Shown here piece after piece: positions 10,031 through 19,543 of a stretch of DNA of 64,000 nucleotides. Every line of letters starts with the position of its first letter. Positions within the stretch are counted from its first letter, which is position 1. Origin of the DNA: Verrucomicrobiaceae bacterium (GTDB taxonomy: Bacteria; Verrucomicrobiota; Verrucomicrobiia; Verrucomicrobiales; Akkermansiaceae). The stretch spans positions 39,558 to 103,557 of the forward strand of contig JBPOGH010000017.1 in assembly GCA_051252135.1 (NCBI GenBank). The letters are read 5' to 3'. Position numbers and translations under genes: made by a program. The notes under the pieces are model-generated. The model did no database searches. It had not been told where the DNA came from and was given only the letters and a program-made list of their open reading frames with translations.

Positions 10031-11422
10031 GTGTTCACTCCCCCCGTGGCAGACTTCTCCTTCCAATCCCTCACCCTCCGCCAGGAAATCGGGGCCAATT
10101 CCTACGCCCTCACCCTCGGCGATGAAACCATCATCCTCGATGCCGGCATGCACCCCAAGGAGGAAGGGCCCGACGCCATCCCCCGCTTCCAGGAACTCCC
10201 CTTCGATTCCGCCTCCGCCATCGTCATCTCCCACTCCCACCTCGACCACATCGGCACCCTCCCCCTCGCCCAGCGCGATCACCCCTCCGCCCCCGTCTAC
10301 CTCACCGCCGGATGCGCCGCCCTCGGCGATGCCCTCCTCCACAACTCGGTCAACGTCATGTCCAGCCAACGCCTCGAGCTCGGCATCACCGACTACCCCC
10401 TCTTCCACCACCGCGAGCTCGACTACCTCCAGGACCAATGGATGGTCCGCGACTACGAACGCCCTTTCCACCTCAACCCCGGAGATATCGACTCCACCCA
10501 GGTCACCTTCTTCGATGCCGGACACATCCTCGGCTCCGCAGGCATCCTCTTCGAGCGGGCCGAAAAAACAATCTTCTACACCGGAGACGTCCACTTCTAC
10601 GATCACTCCCTCATCAAGGGCGCCCGCTTTCCGGACCTCGAGAACATCGACGTCATGATCATGGAAACCACCCGCGGAGTCGACGAGCGCCCCGGCGGAA
10701 ACGTCCGCCCTCAGGAAGAAGCACGCCTCGCCGAACACATCCGCCGCACCCTCTCGGATGGCGGCTCCGTCCTCATCCCCGTCTTCGCCATCGGCAAAAC
10801 CCAGGAGGTCCTCACCATGCTTGATAAGCTCAAGGACGAAGGTGAAATCCCCGAAAAAACACCCATCATCATCGGCGGCCTCTCCACCAAGATGACCCTC
10901 CTCTACGACTCCCTCGCCACCACCACCCGCCGCACCCGCCCCGGCTTCCAAATCCTCAAGGATATGGACGTCACCACCGGCAGCAAAAAACGCTCCCGTG
11001 CCCCCATCGCCTACAAGCCCGGTGTCATCTACTGCCTCTCCAGCGGCATGATGTCCGAAAAAACCGTCTCCAACGTCTTCGCTCGCGAGTTCATCTCCAA
11101 CCCCAAAAACACCCTCCTCTTCGTCGGCTATGCCGATCCCGCCACCCCCGCAGGCCTCATCAAGGAAGCCTCCACCGGCGACATCATCCGCCTCGACGGT
11201 TCCCACAAAATCCAGCTCAACTGCGTCGTCGATGACTTCGACTTCTCCGGCCACGCACACCGTGACCAACTCATCGACTTCGCCCTCAAAGTCCGCCCCA
11301 AAAAACTCCTCCTCGTCCACGGTGATCCCCCCGCCCTCGAGTGGTTCCGCCAGGAACTCTCCCAAAAACTCCCCGACACCGAAATCATCGTCCCCCGGCC
11401 GCAGCAAAAATACGCCCTCTAA
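10031..11422 (+). CDS. MBL-fold beta-CASP hydrolase/ribonuclease (YSH1-like)
   Basis: SHSHLDH, GHILG, TGD, METT, FSGHA and LVHGD motifs; the start may be GTG 10046. Confidence 0.9.
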   Translation: MFTPPVADFSFQSLTLRQEIGANSYALTLGDETIILDAGMHPKEEGPDAIPRFQELPFDSASAIVISHSHLDHIGTLPLAQRDHPSAPVYLTAGCAALGDALLHNSVNVMSSQRLELGITDYPLFHHRELDYLQDQWMVRDYERPFHLNPGDIDSTQVTFFDAGHILGSAGILFERAEKTIFYTGDVHFYDHSLIKGARFPDLENIDVMIMETTRGVDERPGGNVRPQEEARLAEHIRRTLSDGGSVLIPVFAIGKTQEVLTMLDKLKDEGEIPEKTPIIIGGLSTKMTLLYDSLATTTRRTRPGFQILKDMDVTTGSKKRSRAPIAYKPGVIYCLSSGMMSEKTVSNVFAREFISNPKNTLLFVGYADPATPAGLIKEASTGDIIRLDGSHKIQLNCVVDDFDFSGHAHRDQLIDFALKVRPKKLLLVHGDPPALEWFRQELSQKLPDTEIIVPRPQQKYAL

Positions 11423-11429
11423 GCGCCCC

Positions 11430-11951
11430 CTATCCAGCGACCGAGACCCCGCCTTCCCTCAAGATGCGCTGAAACACCCCCTCATCCCCGGGATACACCA
11501 TATGGGTTCCGTAGAGGAACAAATGACCCTGCTCATCCTCCTCTTTCCCATACCACGTGAAGCCAAGCCGCGTAAAAAATGCCGCGCTCCACTCCGTCGC
11601 CTGCAGAACAATCTGGCAGCCCTCAAGTCCCGGATTCACCGACAAAAGACGCGCTAACATAATCGCCGTCCCATAACCCTTCCCACACTCATCCGGGTCA
11701 ACAATCCCAAAAGTCAGGTGCGCTTGCACCCCAGAAGGACAAACGGAAATCCCCCCGCCTCCGACGACCCGCCCATCAACCTCCGCCACCAAATAATCAA
11801 CAGCCGGGTCCCGAATCGTTTCCGCGAACTCAGCAAAATAACCTTCCGGAAGCGCAACATTCTCATGGCTGAGATACATTCTTTCCAGCGCTGCATAATC
11901 ACCCTCCGTGATCCGCCGCACATGACATCTCCCTGCTTTTGGCGACTTCAT
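11430..11951 (-). CDS. GNAT family N-acetyltransferase
   Basis: VDP...GKGYGTA acetyl-CoA motif A; FFTRLGF. Confidence 0.8.
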   Translation of the reverse strand: MKSPKAGRCHVRRITEGDYAALERMYLSHENVALPEGYFAEFAETIRDPAVDYLVAEVDGRVVGGGGISVCPSGVQAHLTFGIVDPDECGKGYGTAIMLARLLSVNPGLEGCQIVLQATEWSAAFFTRLGFTWYGKEEDEQGHLFLYGTHMVYPGDEGVFQRILREGGVSVAG

Positions 11952-12057
11952 TTCGCGATCCTACAATAACCCCTTCCCAATACCCAAGCCCCCTTAACGA
12001 CACTTGGGATCCAAACCAAACTCAAGCCCCTTGGAACCCTTCCTCCGCGCCCCCACC

Positions 12058-12516
12058 CTACCTTCGGTTGAACTTCGCCACCTCACGCTGCGCCTCGCGC
12101 AACTCCGTCTTCTTCTTCAAATCATGACGCTGGTCGCTGTGGCTCTTCCCCTTTCCAAGCCCCAGTTTCACCTTCACCCGGCGTCCCTTGAAATACAGCT
12201 TCAGACAAATAATCGTAAACCCCTTCTGCTGGGTCGCCATCGCCATCTTGAGAATCTCGCTCTTGTGCAGGAGCAACTTGCGCGGCCTCTGTGAAGCATG
12301 CTGAAACCACTCCCCCGCCGTCTGCCACGGCTGAATATCGCAGCCATAGAGAAACGCCTGATTTCCCTCAATTCGGGCAAAGGCATCACCAATGTTCACC
12401 TTCCCCTCGCGGATCGACTTCACCTCCGTCCCGACCAACACCAGACCTGCTTCATAGGTGTCCCCTATGTTGTAGTCGCGCAGCGCGCGCTTGTTCGTGA
12501 CAGAATCCTGAGCCAT
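12058..12516 (-). CDS. smpB: SsrA-binding protein SmpB
   Basis: NKRA..DY, EAGLVLVGTEVKSIR, RKLLLHK, GKGK...D.R. Confidence 0.97.
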   Translation of the reverse strand: MAQDSVTNKRALRDYNIGDTYEAGLVLVGTEVKSIREGKVNIGDAFARIEGNQAFLYGCDIQPWQTAGEWFQHASQRPRKLLLHKSEILKMAMATQQKGFTIICLKLYFKGRRVKVKLGLGKGKSHSDQRHDLKKKTELREAQREVAKFNRR

Positions 12517-12598
12517 GGCGGTGAAAGGAACCTACACGAAGAAAAAAGGCCTGTGCGAAAAAAATGAGGCCTGTGCGGAGAAAATAGAGCGGTGAACC

Positions 12599-12799
12599 CT
12601 AATCTTCCACTTCCCGAAGCTTGATCTTGCCCTCAATGATTTCCATCAGCGCAATGTCCGCAAACCCGGTGCTCGGAAGAGCATTCACCAGCGGAGAACG
12701 CCCGGTGTTGAGCTGCTCGACCCTTTTGGAGACAAGATTGATCAGAACGAGAGGATCGCTGACAATTTCTGAGGCCTTTTCGACAAGATCGTTTTTCAT
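12599..12799 (-). CDS. rpoZ: RNA polymerase omega subunit
   Basis: LINLVSKRVEQL...P...DIALMEIIEGKI; start at MKNDL preferred, upstream ATG 12865 possible. Confidence 0.85.
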   Translation of the reverse strand: MKNDLVEKASEIVSDPLVLINLVSKRVEQLNTGRSPLVNALPSTGFADIALMEIIEGKIKLREVED

Positions 12800-13011
12800 G
12801 GTAGATGCGCTGGGTCGAGGGGCTGGAGCGGGTGCCTCAAAAGGGATAATATTATCGGCATCCATGGGTTCCTCGGATTTCCCGCAAGTGAAAAGCCACC
12901 TGCGGAGGGGTGTGGAAACCAGAAATCACCCTCACTGACAAGCGCAAAACCTATTGCAGCCGTGCTTCTTGTCAGAAAAGGGTGATTTTCTCTCTTCTCG
13001 GCTGGTATCGC

Positions 13012-15048
13012 TTAAAATTCGACCCCAACCCGAACTCCCACCATTCCCGGATCACCCGGCGCTCCGGCACTGATTTGCGGATTCATGAACGAGTAATATC
13101 CCTCGTCCAAAATGTTGCGGCCAAAGACCACCGCATTCCAATTCTCCGCCTCATACCCGATCTCCGCATCCACCAGCTGATAGCTCGACTGCTCAAACTG
13201 CGGACTCTCGAAATCGTCGAACTGCGTCGATCCCACCACCCGCAATGCCGAGGAAACGTAGAACCCGTTCCCGATATCGTAACGGAATCCCAAACTCGCC
13301 GTCAGCTCCGGAATGAATGGCACCCGGTTCCCGCTCAGGTTCGTTGGTCCGTCGATGAAACGCTCAAACTCCACCTGACTCCAGCCAGCCGAAGCATTGA
13401 TCGTCAAATTCTCAACCGGACGCCAGTTCGCCTCCGCTTCGATTCCCACCGCGTGCACTTCCTCCGCATTCAAAACGATGAAGTTCCCCGTCGGAGTCGA
13501 ACGATTCAGCTGATAGTCGTCGATCTTCTTAAAGTACCCCCGCAACTCAAGGTCCCAGTTCTCATCCGGGCAGTCGATACGCACTCCCACCTCGGTCTCC
13601 CAGGCAGTCTCTTCACCGAAACCGAAGGTCGCCGGATCATCGGAAAACGCCGTGTAACCTGCCGGCTTGATCCCCAATGAAGTCCGCGCAAAGAGCGTCG
13701 TCGCATCGGTCGCCTTGTAACTCAGCCCAAGCGTTGGTGAGAAATACCAGTCGTCGGCCTGCCCCGTAAATGGCAACGCGACCACCGCTGGATTAGCCCT
13801 CATCATCTCAGAATCAACGTGCTCCAACCGCCCGCCCAGCTCCCAGCTCAGACGGTCCGTCTGATCCCAAGCCACCGTCCCGTAGAGGGCCAGCGTATCC
13901 CGCTTCGAATCGAATGAAGTCGTGGAAGTGAAGCGATCGAAAGGAGCGGGAAAACCCGTAGGCACCACCCGCGTTGCATCCCCATCGCTCTCATTCCGTG
14001 ATAAGAATAAGCCCGTCTGCCAGCGCAATGCCGCATCGGCATCCGACTCCAGCCGAAACTCCTGCGTGAAATAATCCTGATTCTGACGAATGTCCGAACT
14101 CGAAAACGCCCCCGGAATCGAACTGAAATCAAGGTCCGTCAAATTGGGACCCAACTCCCACTGCTGCACCGAGCTGATCGACTTCAACGTCGCCCAACCC
14201 AAATCCTGCGTCACATGGAAGGAGAACTGATACCGGTCCATTCCCGTCGCTCCGGGAATGTCACTCGCCACCTGAAACGGACTCTGGGGCAAAAATCCAC
14301 CCACGCCAAACGGCCCCGGCAAGCCCGGCAAGTTCGTCAGCCGCTGCCCCCCGTCACGCGCCGTCTCCACCATCGCCCGGAAACGAAGCTCCAGATCAGC
14401 CGATGGACGGTAATAAAGATTCGCCAACGCTCCAAAACGCTCACGGTAATCCACATCCTGCCCCGTCACCACGTTGCCGATGTAACCTTCCCGTTCGTTG
14501 TAATACGTCTGGAAGGTGTAGGAAAGTTGCTCGCTCAACGGCCCACTCGCCAGAAAGCGCAGCGCCGTGTGCTCATAGCTGCCATACTCGGCCGTGAACT
14601 TGTAATAAGCCTCATCAGTCGGACCCGCCGTATTCAGCTCCAGCAATCCGCCCGCTCCGTTGCGACCAAAGTAAGCTCCCTGGGGACCACGATGCACCTG
14701 CGCCGATTGCAGGTCAAAAAAGTCGGTCGAATAAGTGTAAACATCCCCGTAAGGCACATCATCCACCACCATCGCCACACCCGCCGGGCCAAAGAACGCC
14801 GTGTTCGCCGTTCCCCGGATCGCCAGCGTGTCACCATATCCGGCCGAATCACTCGCCACCGAACCAAAGCCCGGCACCTGACCCAGCAGACGCTTCACTC
14901 CATCCGTTTGGAAGATTTCCAGCTCCTCGGCGGTAAGACCCTCCGGCGCTTCACTTTTCTCGCCCACTACCGTAAGAGGGGCCAACGAATCCTGCCCGGA
15001 GGCCGTCACACAAATTGCAGCCGTCAGGCTAAAACCAATCTTTTTCAT
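13012..15048 (-). CDS. TonB-dependent receptor
   Basis: Signal peptide, plug motifs IRG/VDDVP/RGPQG..FG....G, terminal N(I)LD..Y...GVEF. Confidence 0.92.
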   Translation of the reverse strand: MKKIGFSLTAAICVTASGQDSLAPLTVVGEKSEAPEGLTAEELEIFQTDGVKRLLGQVPGFGSVASDSAGYGDTLAIRGTANTAFFGPAGVAMVVDDVPYGDVYTYSTDFFDLQSAQVHRGPQGAYFGRNGAGGLLELNTAGPTDEAYYKFTAEYGSYEHTALRFLASGPLSEQLSYTFQTYYNEREGYIGNVVTGQDVDYRERFGALANLYYRPSADLELRFRAMVETARDGGQRLTNLPGLPGPFGVGGFLPQSPFQVASDIPGATGMDRYQFSFHVTQDLGWATLKSISSVQQWELGPNLTDLDFSSIPGAFSSSDIRQNQDYFTQEFRLESDADAALRWQTGLFLSRNESDGDATRVVPTGFPAPFDRFTSTTSFDSKRDTLALYGTVAWDQTDRLSWELGGRLEHVDSEMMRANPAVVALPFTGQADDWYFSPTLGLSYKATDATTLFARTSLGIKPAGYTAFSDDPATFGFGEETAWETEVGVRIDCPDENWDLELRGYFKKIDDYQLNRSTPTGNFIVLNAEEVHAVGIEAEANWRPVENLTINASAGWSQVEFERFIDGPTNLSGNRVPFIPELTASLGFRYDIGNGFYVSSALRVVGSTQFDDFESPQFEQSSYQLVDAEIGYEAENWNAVVFGRNILDEGYYSFMNPQISAGAPGDPGMVGVRVGVEF

Positions 15049-15092
15049 ATAAATTCAGCCCAAAGCTGACCAACCTTTACCATCCGTCAATC

Positions 15093-16292
15093 ATGAACCT
15101 TCCAACATTTTCACCCTTATTGCTCCCCGCTGCCATCCTCCTCACCAGCTGCTGCGATAACGATCTCTACCCCGTCGCCCTGAAGGACAAGGAACCCCCA
15201 AAACCTCCGGCAAAAGTCGAGGCCGGAACCGTCACCATCCTCCCCGGCGACCGCCCCGACGGCAACCCCACCTTCCTCCCCGTCACCAAAAAGATCCACG
15301 CTCTCGTCAAAGAGCCCGATGCCGGAGACATGCAGCCCTACACCGAGACCGTCCCCCTCTCAAAGGGCGCCACCTTCGACCTCATCCCCATCCCCGGCGG
15401 TGAATTCACCCTCGGCTCCCCCGATTCCGAGGCCGACCGCAACACCGACGAAGGCCCCCAAAAAACCATCAAAATCGAACCCTTCTGGATGGCCAAAACC
15501 GAAACCACCTGGGCCCTCTACCAGGCCTTCATGGAAAATGGCAAATCCCGGAACAAGGACGGCTCGCTCAACCTCGATGGCGACATCTACTCCCCCGACC
15601 CACCACTCGCCAGCGCCCCCGAGACCATCGACGCCATCTCCCAACCCACCCCGCCCTACATGCCCATGCACTTCGACATGGCCAGCAGCGCCGGTTACCG
15701 TGGTGACCTCCCCGCCATCGCCGCCACCCAACACTCCGCCTCCAAATTCTGCGAATGGCTCACCGCCCAGACCGGCCACTACTACCGCCTCCCCACCGAG
15801 GCCGAATGGGAATACGCCTGCCGCGCCGGCACCACCACCGCCTACTCCTTCGGCGATGACCCCGCCCAACTCGGCGACTACGCCTGGTTCTTCGAAAACT
15901 CCGATGCCGAATACCACCCCGTCGCCCAAAAGAAGCCCAACCCCTGGGGCCTCTACGACATGCACGGCAACGTCGCCGAATGGACCCTCGACTCCTACCG
16001 CGCCGACTACTCCGCCCACCCCGCCGGAGCCCGCAACCCCCTCTCCCTCTCCCCCATGCGCTACCCCCGCGTCACCCGTGGCGGCCACTGGGATGCCGAC
16101 CCGCAGGACCTCCGCTCCGCCGCCCGCCTCCCCTCCGCCCCCTCCTGGAAAATGACCGACCCCCAAATCCCAAAATCCCTCTGGTACCACACCGATACCC
16201 CCTGGCTCGGCTTCCGCATCATCCGTCCCCTCAAAGTTCCCTCCCTCGAAGAAATGCACCTCCTCTGGAACACCGGCCCCGGAAAGTTGTAA
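15093..16292 (+). CDS. SUMF1/FGE-sulfatase domain lipoprotein (probably not a catalytic FGE)
   Basis: Lipobox LTSC; RLPTEAEWEYACRAG, PNPWGLYDMHGNVAEW, GFR; lacks the Cys pair after RGG. Confidence 0.9.
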   Translation: MNLPTFSPLLLPAAILLTSCCDNDLYPVALKDKEPPKPPAKVEAGTVTILPGDRPDGNPTFLPVTKKIHALVKEPDAGDMQPYTETVPLSKGATFDLIPIPGGEFTLGSPDSEADRNTDEGPQKTIKIEPFWMAKTETTWALYQAFMENGKSRNKDGSLNLDGDIYSPDPPLASAPETIDAISQPTPPYMPMHFDMASSAGYRGDLPAIAATQHSASKFCEWLTAQTGHYYRLPTEAEWEYACRAGTTTAYSFGDDPAQLGDYAWFFENSDAEYHPVAQKKPNPWGLYDMHGNVAEWTLDSYRADYSAHPAGARNPLSLSPMRYPRVTRGGHWDADPQDLRSAARLPSAPSWKMTDPQIPKSLWYHTDTPWLGFRIIRPLKVPSLEEMHLLWNTGPGKL

Positions 16293-16312
16293 ACCGCAGC
16301 CAACACGCCTAG

Positions 16313-16520
16313 GGAAGCGCTGATGAAAGAGGGAGTTCGCTGCTGCAAGTCATTTTGCAGTCTGGCAAGGCGCGAAGGGCGACGCTGATGATCAGCGGCT
16401 CCCTGAGCAACGCCGCCAGACTTCAAAAGGGCTGCAGCTCCTGCCACCTCGGAAGCGACGCTTCCCTGGCTAAAAATCCATGAATCCTTTCAGCGTGCTT
16501 CATCTTTCATCAGTATTTCG
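16313..16520. mobile_element. MITE-like element (about 208 bp) flanked by CTAG
   Basis: Imperfect TIRs GGAAGCGCTGATGAAAGA / TCTTTCATCAGTATTTCG; CTAG at 16309-16312 and 16521-16524; internal palindrome TTTTGCAGTCTGGC...GCCAGACTTCAAAA. Confidence 0.75.
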
Positions 16521-16533
16521 CTAGCGTCCCCCT

Positions 16534-18294
16534 GTGCGCACCCTCATCCTCATCCTCGGCATCGGGACCGCCTACGTCCTCGTCAAAGGGTGGCCCGCAC
16601 ACTGGGACATCATCCTGCGCTCCTCCCTCGCCGTCTTCACCCTCACCCTCGGCATCGCCTTTTGGGGAAAACGGCCACCCGATAACTCAAAGCAAGCCGC
16701 TCCCGATCGCCCCCCGCGCTGGCTTGACTTCGCCGCCATCGCCACCGCCCTCCTCATCGTCGAGGCCGCCTTCCTCTTCTTCTTCGCCACCGTCCCGCCC
16801 GCCGCCGAGAACCTCGCGGAATCCCTCGACCGCACCCTCCACCCCGGAGCCTACCAGGGACCCCAAATCCACGCCCCGGAACAAGATTCCGACGGAAATG
16901 GCGACTTCGCCAGCTCCGGCAACTGGCTCTGGCAGGACAGCGGCCAACGCCAACTCGGCAGCGTCGGCGCCATCAAACCCTCCAACCGCCCCGAGGTCTA
17001 CCTCTGGCCCGACTCCCCCGCCGACCTCCAACAACTCGAAACCCGGGACATCTACCTCCGCACCTTCACCCTCGGCAGCTACCAAAACGCCACCTGGCGC
17101 TCCCTCCCCATCTCCCCCCAATCCTTCGCCCCCCAACAAGGCCTCATCACCCTCTCCCCCCCCTCCCCCGCCTCCATCAACTACCGCATCTCCCACGGCC
17201 CCAACGCCCAGGGACAAAGCCTCGCCGTCTCCATCCCCACCCTCCAATCCATCACGTCACCCTCCCTCCGCCTCATCGCACCCCATACCTACCGCCTCCC
17301 CCCACTCGCCCCAGAGGCCACCGCCTACGAGTATCAAGCCGCCTCAAACCCCGTATTCTTCGACCCCGCGCAACACCTCCCCGCCACCATCGCCCGCCCC
17401 GAATACCGCACCCTCCCCGCTCAACCCGACCTCCTCAACGCCCTCACCCCGATCTCCAGCGCCACCTCCGGCACCCCCTCCGCTAGACTTGCTCAAATGC
17501 GACAAATCCTCGCCGAAAACTTCCGCTACTCACTCAAACCCGGCCTCGATCCCAACTCCGACCCCCTCCTCCAGTTCCTCACCCGCCAGCGCGACGGCTA
17601 CTGCGAGCACTTCGCCACCGCCGCCGCCCTCCTCGCCCGCCAAATCGGATTCCCCTCACGCATCGCCTACGGATGGTCCGGCGGACGCTACTACGAGACC
17701 CCGGACGTCTTCGTCTTCCGCGCCAAGGAAGCCCACGCCTGGACCGAGGTCAAAGTCGAAGGCCTCGGCTGGGTCATCCTCGAAACCACCCCCGCCTCCC
17801 GCACCGAGGGCATCGCCAGCAACGCCGACCCCAACGAAAAATCCCCCCTCGATGGCGACCCCTTCGTTTATGAGGAAGAAGCCGATCTCGCCGCCGCCGC
17901 CCTCGCCCGGCTCAAAACCACCTCCCTCTCCCTCGCCGGCGCCGGACTCATCGCCCTCCTCATCATCCTCATCGCCCGCCACCCCGCCTCCCGGAAGGAA
18001 CAACCCCTCCACCGCTCCGGCCTCCTCCCCCCCACCCGCTCCTACCTCCTCACCTTCCGCCAGGCCTGCGCCCACCTCGGCCACCCCATGCCCACCGGCA
18101 CCACCCTCCGGAACCACCTCATCCACCTCCGCAAAGAAGGCCTCGCCCCACCCTTCGCCGACGAACTCCTCCAATACCACTACCACACCACCTACCGGGA
18201 CCGACCCACCCAAAAATCCTCCGAAAAACGACTCACCGGCCTTCTCAAAAACTGGATGCACAAAACCAAAGCCAAACCCCAAACAGATACTTAA
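16534..18294 (+). CDS. Membrane-anchored transglutaminase-like (TgpA-type) protein
   Basis: N-terminal TM helices; GYCEHFATA, HAWTEV, GWVILETTP. Confidence 0.88.
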   Translation: MRTLILILGIGTAYVLVKGWPAHWDIILRSSLAVFTLTLGIAFWGKRPPDNSKQAAPDRPPRWLDFAAIATALLIVEAAFLFFFATVPPAAENLAESLDRTLHPGAYQGPQIHAPEQDSDGNGDFASSGNWLWQDSGQRQLGSVGAIKPSNRPEVYLWPDSPADLQQLETRDIYLRTFTLGSYQNATWRSLPISPQSFAPQQGLITLSPPSPASINYRISHGPNAQGQSLAVSIPTLQSITSPSLRLIAPHTYRLPPLAPEATAYEYQAASNPVFFDPAQHLPATIARPEYRTLPAQPDLLNALTPISSATSGTPSARLAQMRQILAENFRYSLKPGLDPNSDPLLQFLTRQRDGYCEHFATAAALLARQIGFPSRIAYGWSGGRYYETPDVFVFRAKEAHAWTEVKVEGLGWVILETTPASRTEGIASNADPNEKSPLDGDPFVYEEEADLAAAALARLKTTSLSLAGAGLIALLIILIARHPASRKEQPLHRSGLLPPTRSYLLTFRQACAHLGHPMPTGTTLRNHLIHLRKEGLAPPFADELLQYHYHTTYRDRPTQKSSEKRLTGLLKNWMHKTKAKPQTDT

Positions 18295-18337
18295 CTTCTG
18301 TTTACTAAAAAACCCGCATTTCCGGGGCGAAAATTCC

Positions 18338-18365
18338 TTGCAATCGCATCCGCCCTGACTAGCTT
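18338..18365 (+). promoter_or_regulatory. Sigma70-like promoter of rpmI (very short or no leader)
   Basis: TTGCAA-16 nt-TAGCTT, 9 nt before the ATG; no SD. Confidence 0.55.
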
Positions 18366-18374
18366 CGCCGCCCT

Positions 18375-18584
18375 ATGGCCCGCACCGCAGGCAAATCCAA
18401 AACCAGATCGTCCGTCGCCAAGCGCTTTAAAGTGACTGGCACCGGGAAGATTCTGCGTCGTAAGCAAGGCAAACGCCACATCCTCCAAAAGAAGTCCCGG
18501 AAACGGAAACGCTTCCTCGGAAAGGCTGCCCTTGTATCCTCCGCAGACATCAAAGCAGTGAAGAAGAACCTTCTTCTCCGCTAA
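18375..18584 (+). CDS. rpmI: 50S ribosomal protein L35
   Basis: KT...[11 protein letters not shown]...H...K..KRKR.L. Confidence 0.96.
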   Translation: MARTAGKSKTRSSVAKRFKVTGTGKILRRKQGKRHILQKKSRKRKRFLGKAALVSSADIKAVKKNLLLR

Positions 18585-18716
18585 ACCCAACAGACGAAGA
18601 ACTCACCCGCCAAACGGGTGACCTCCCAGCAGCCTGTCCCTCCGGGGAACATACGAACGAGTGAGACTGCAGGAGTGAATATCGAAAACCAACGACCCGT
18701 TCACCAAGACTAGAAA

Positions 18717-19085
18717 ATGCCAAGAGCAACCAACAGTCCGGCCAGCCGGAAACGCCGGAAACGCGTTCTTTTACGCGCCAAAGGCTTCCGCGGCTTCCGT
18801 TCGAAGCTTTACCGCTACGCAAAGGATGCCGTTTACAAGGCCCGTCAATACGAATACCGCGACCGCAAAAAGCGTAAAGGTCAGTTCCGCCGTCTCTGGA
18901 TCCAGCGTATCTCCGCTGCCGTCCGTGCCGAGGACCTCACCTACTCACGCTTCATCGAAGGCCTCAAGGCTGCCCAGATCGATCTCGATCGCAAGGTCCT
19001 CGCAGACCTCGCCGTGACCGACCCCGCAGCACTGTCCGCCATCATCGCACAGGCCAAAGCCGCTCTCGATAAGAAAGCCGCCTAA
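18717..19085 (+). CDS. rplT: 50S ribosomal protein L20
   Basis: AKGFRG, YRDRK..K..FRRLWI.RI.AA, DRKVLADLA. Confidence 0.98.
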   Translation: MPRATNSPASRKRRKRVLLRAKGFRGFRSKLYRYAKDAVYKARQYEYRDRKKRKGQFRRLWIQRISAAVRAEDLTYSRFIEGLKAAQIDLDRKVLADLAVTDPAALSAIIAQAKAALDKKAA

Positions 19086-19112
19086 GCCCAACGTTTCGCG
19101 ATAGAAACTCTC

Positions 19113-19146
19113 ATGGCCGCCTCCCTCACGGGATGCGGCCATTTTC
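19113..19146 (+). terminator. Intrinsic terminator of rpmI-rplT
   Basis: ATGGCCGC-C-TCCC-TCAC-GGGA-T-GCGGCCAT followed by TTT. Confidence 0.65.
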
Positions 19147-19175
19147 GTATCATCCGCTTCCGCATTCTTCGTCTT

Positions 19176-19321
19176 GCATGAAAAATCGTGGGGCTTAGCA
19201 CCTCGACCGGGCAATTACGCCGCCATTGCTGAAAAGCGCCCGACTTCTTCGTCACACTCGCACAGCGCACTATCCAACCCTTCAATAAATTCATTTGTCT
19301 CTTTTGAAACTCGGAGTGGTA
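19176..19321. repeat. Left-truncated copy of the adjacent MITE
   Basis: Diverged direct repeat of about 19381-19524, including ATTGCTGAAAAGCGCCCG and CTCTTTTGAAACTCGGAGTGGTA. Confidence 0.75.
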
Positions 19322-19324
19322 TTA

Positions 19325-19524
19325 TACCAAGTAGAGTTTCAAAAGAGCCAAATGCCGGAACGATTTTCTGGAATGGCAAGGCATGACGAGCGAGTGGTGC
19401 GGGCACCACGACCGAGGAACGACGCCGCTATTGCTGAAAAGCGCCCGGCTTCTTCCCCAAATCGCGCAGCGCACTTCTCAAACCTTTTAAAACTCATTTG
19501 GCTCTTTTGAAACTCGGAGTGGTA
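19325..19524. mobile_element. MITE-like element (about 200 bp) with about 30-bp TIRs, TTA/TA-flanked
   Basis: TACCAAGTAGAGTTTCAAAAGAGCCAAATG ... CATTTGGCTCTTTTGAAACTCGGAGTGGTA; TTA on both sides. Confidence 0.78.
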
Positions 19525-19543
19525 TTATACTTCCCTCAAACCC

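Noticed and set aside
12547..12578. Direct repeat AGGCCTGTGCG x2 between smpB and rpoZ
   Set aside because: Too short to assign a function; likely a local duplication
11952..13011. tmRNA or tRNA near smpB
   Set aside because: No tRNA-like ends or T-arm motif found; no tRNA or rRNA recognised anywhere in the window
15093..16292. True formylglycine-generating enzyme for the sulfatase
   Set aside because: Lacks the catalytic Cys pair after RGG and is a lipoprotein
19176..19530. Possible CRISPR array
   Set aside because: Only two long diverged copies with TIR structure, no unique spacers and no cas genes
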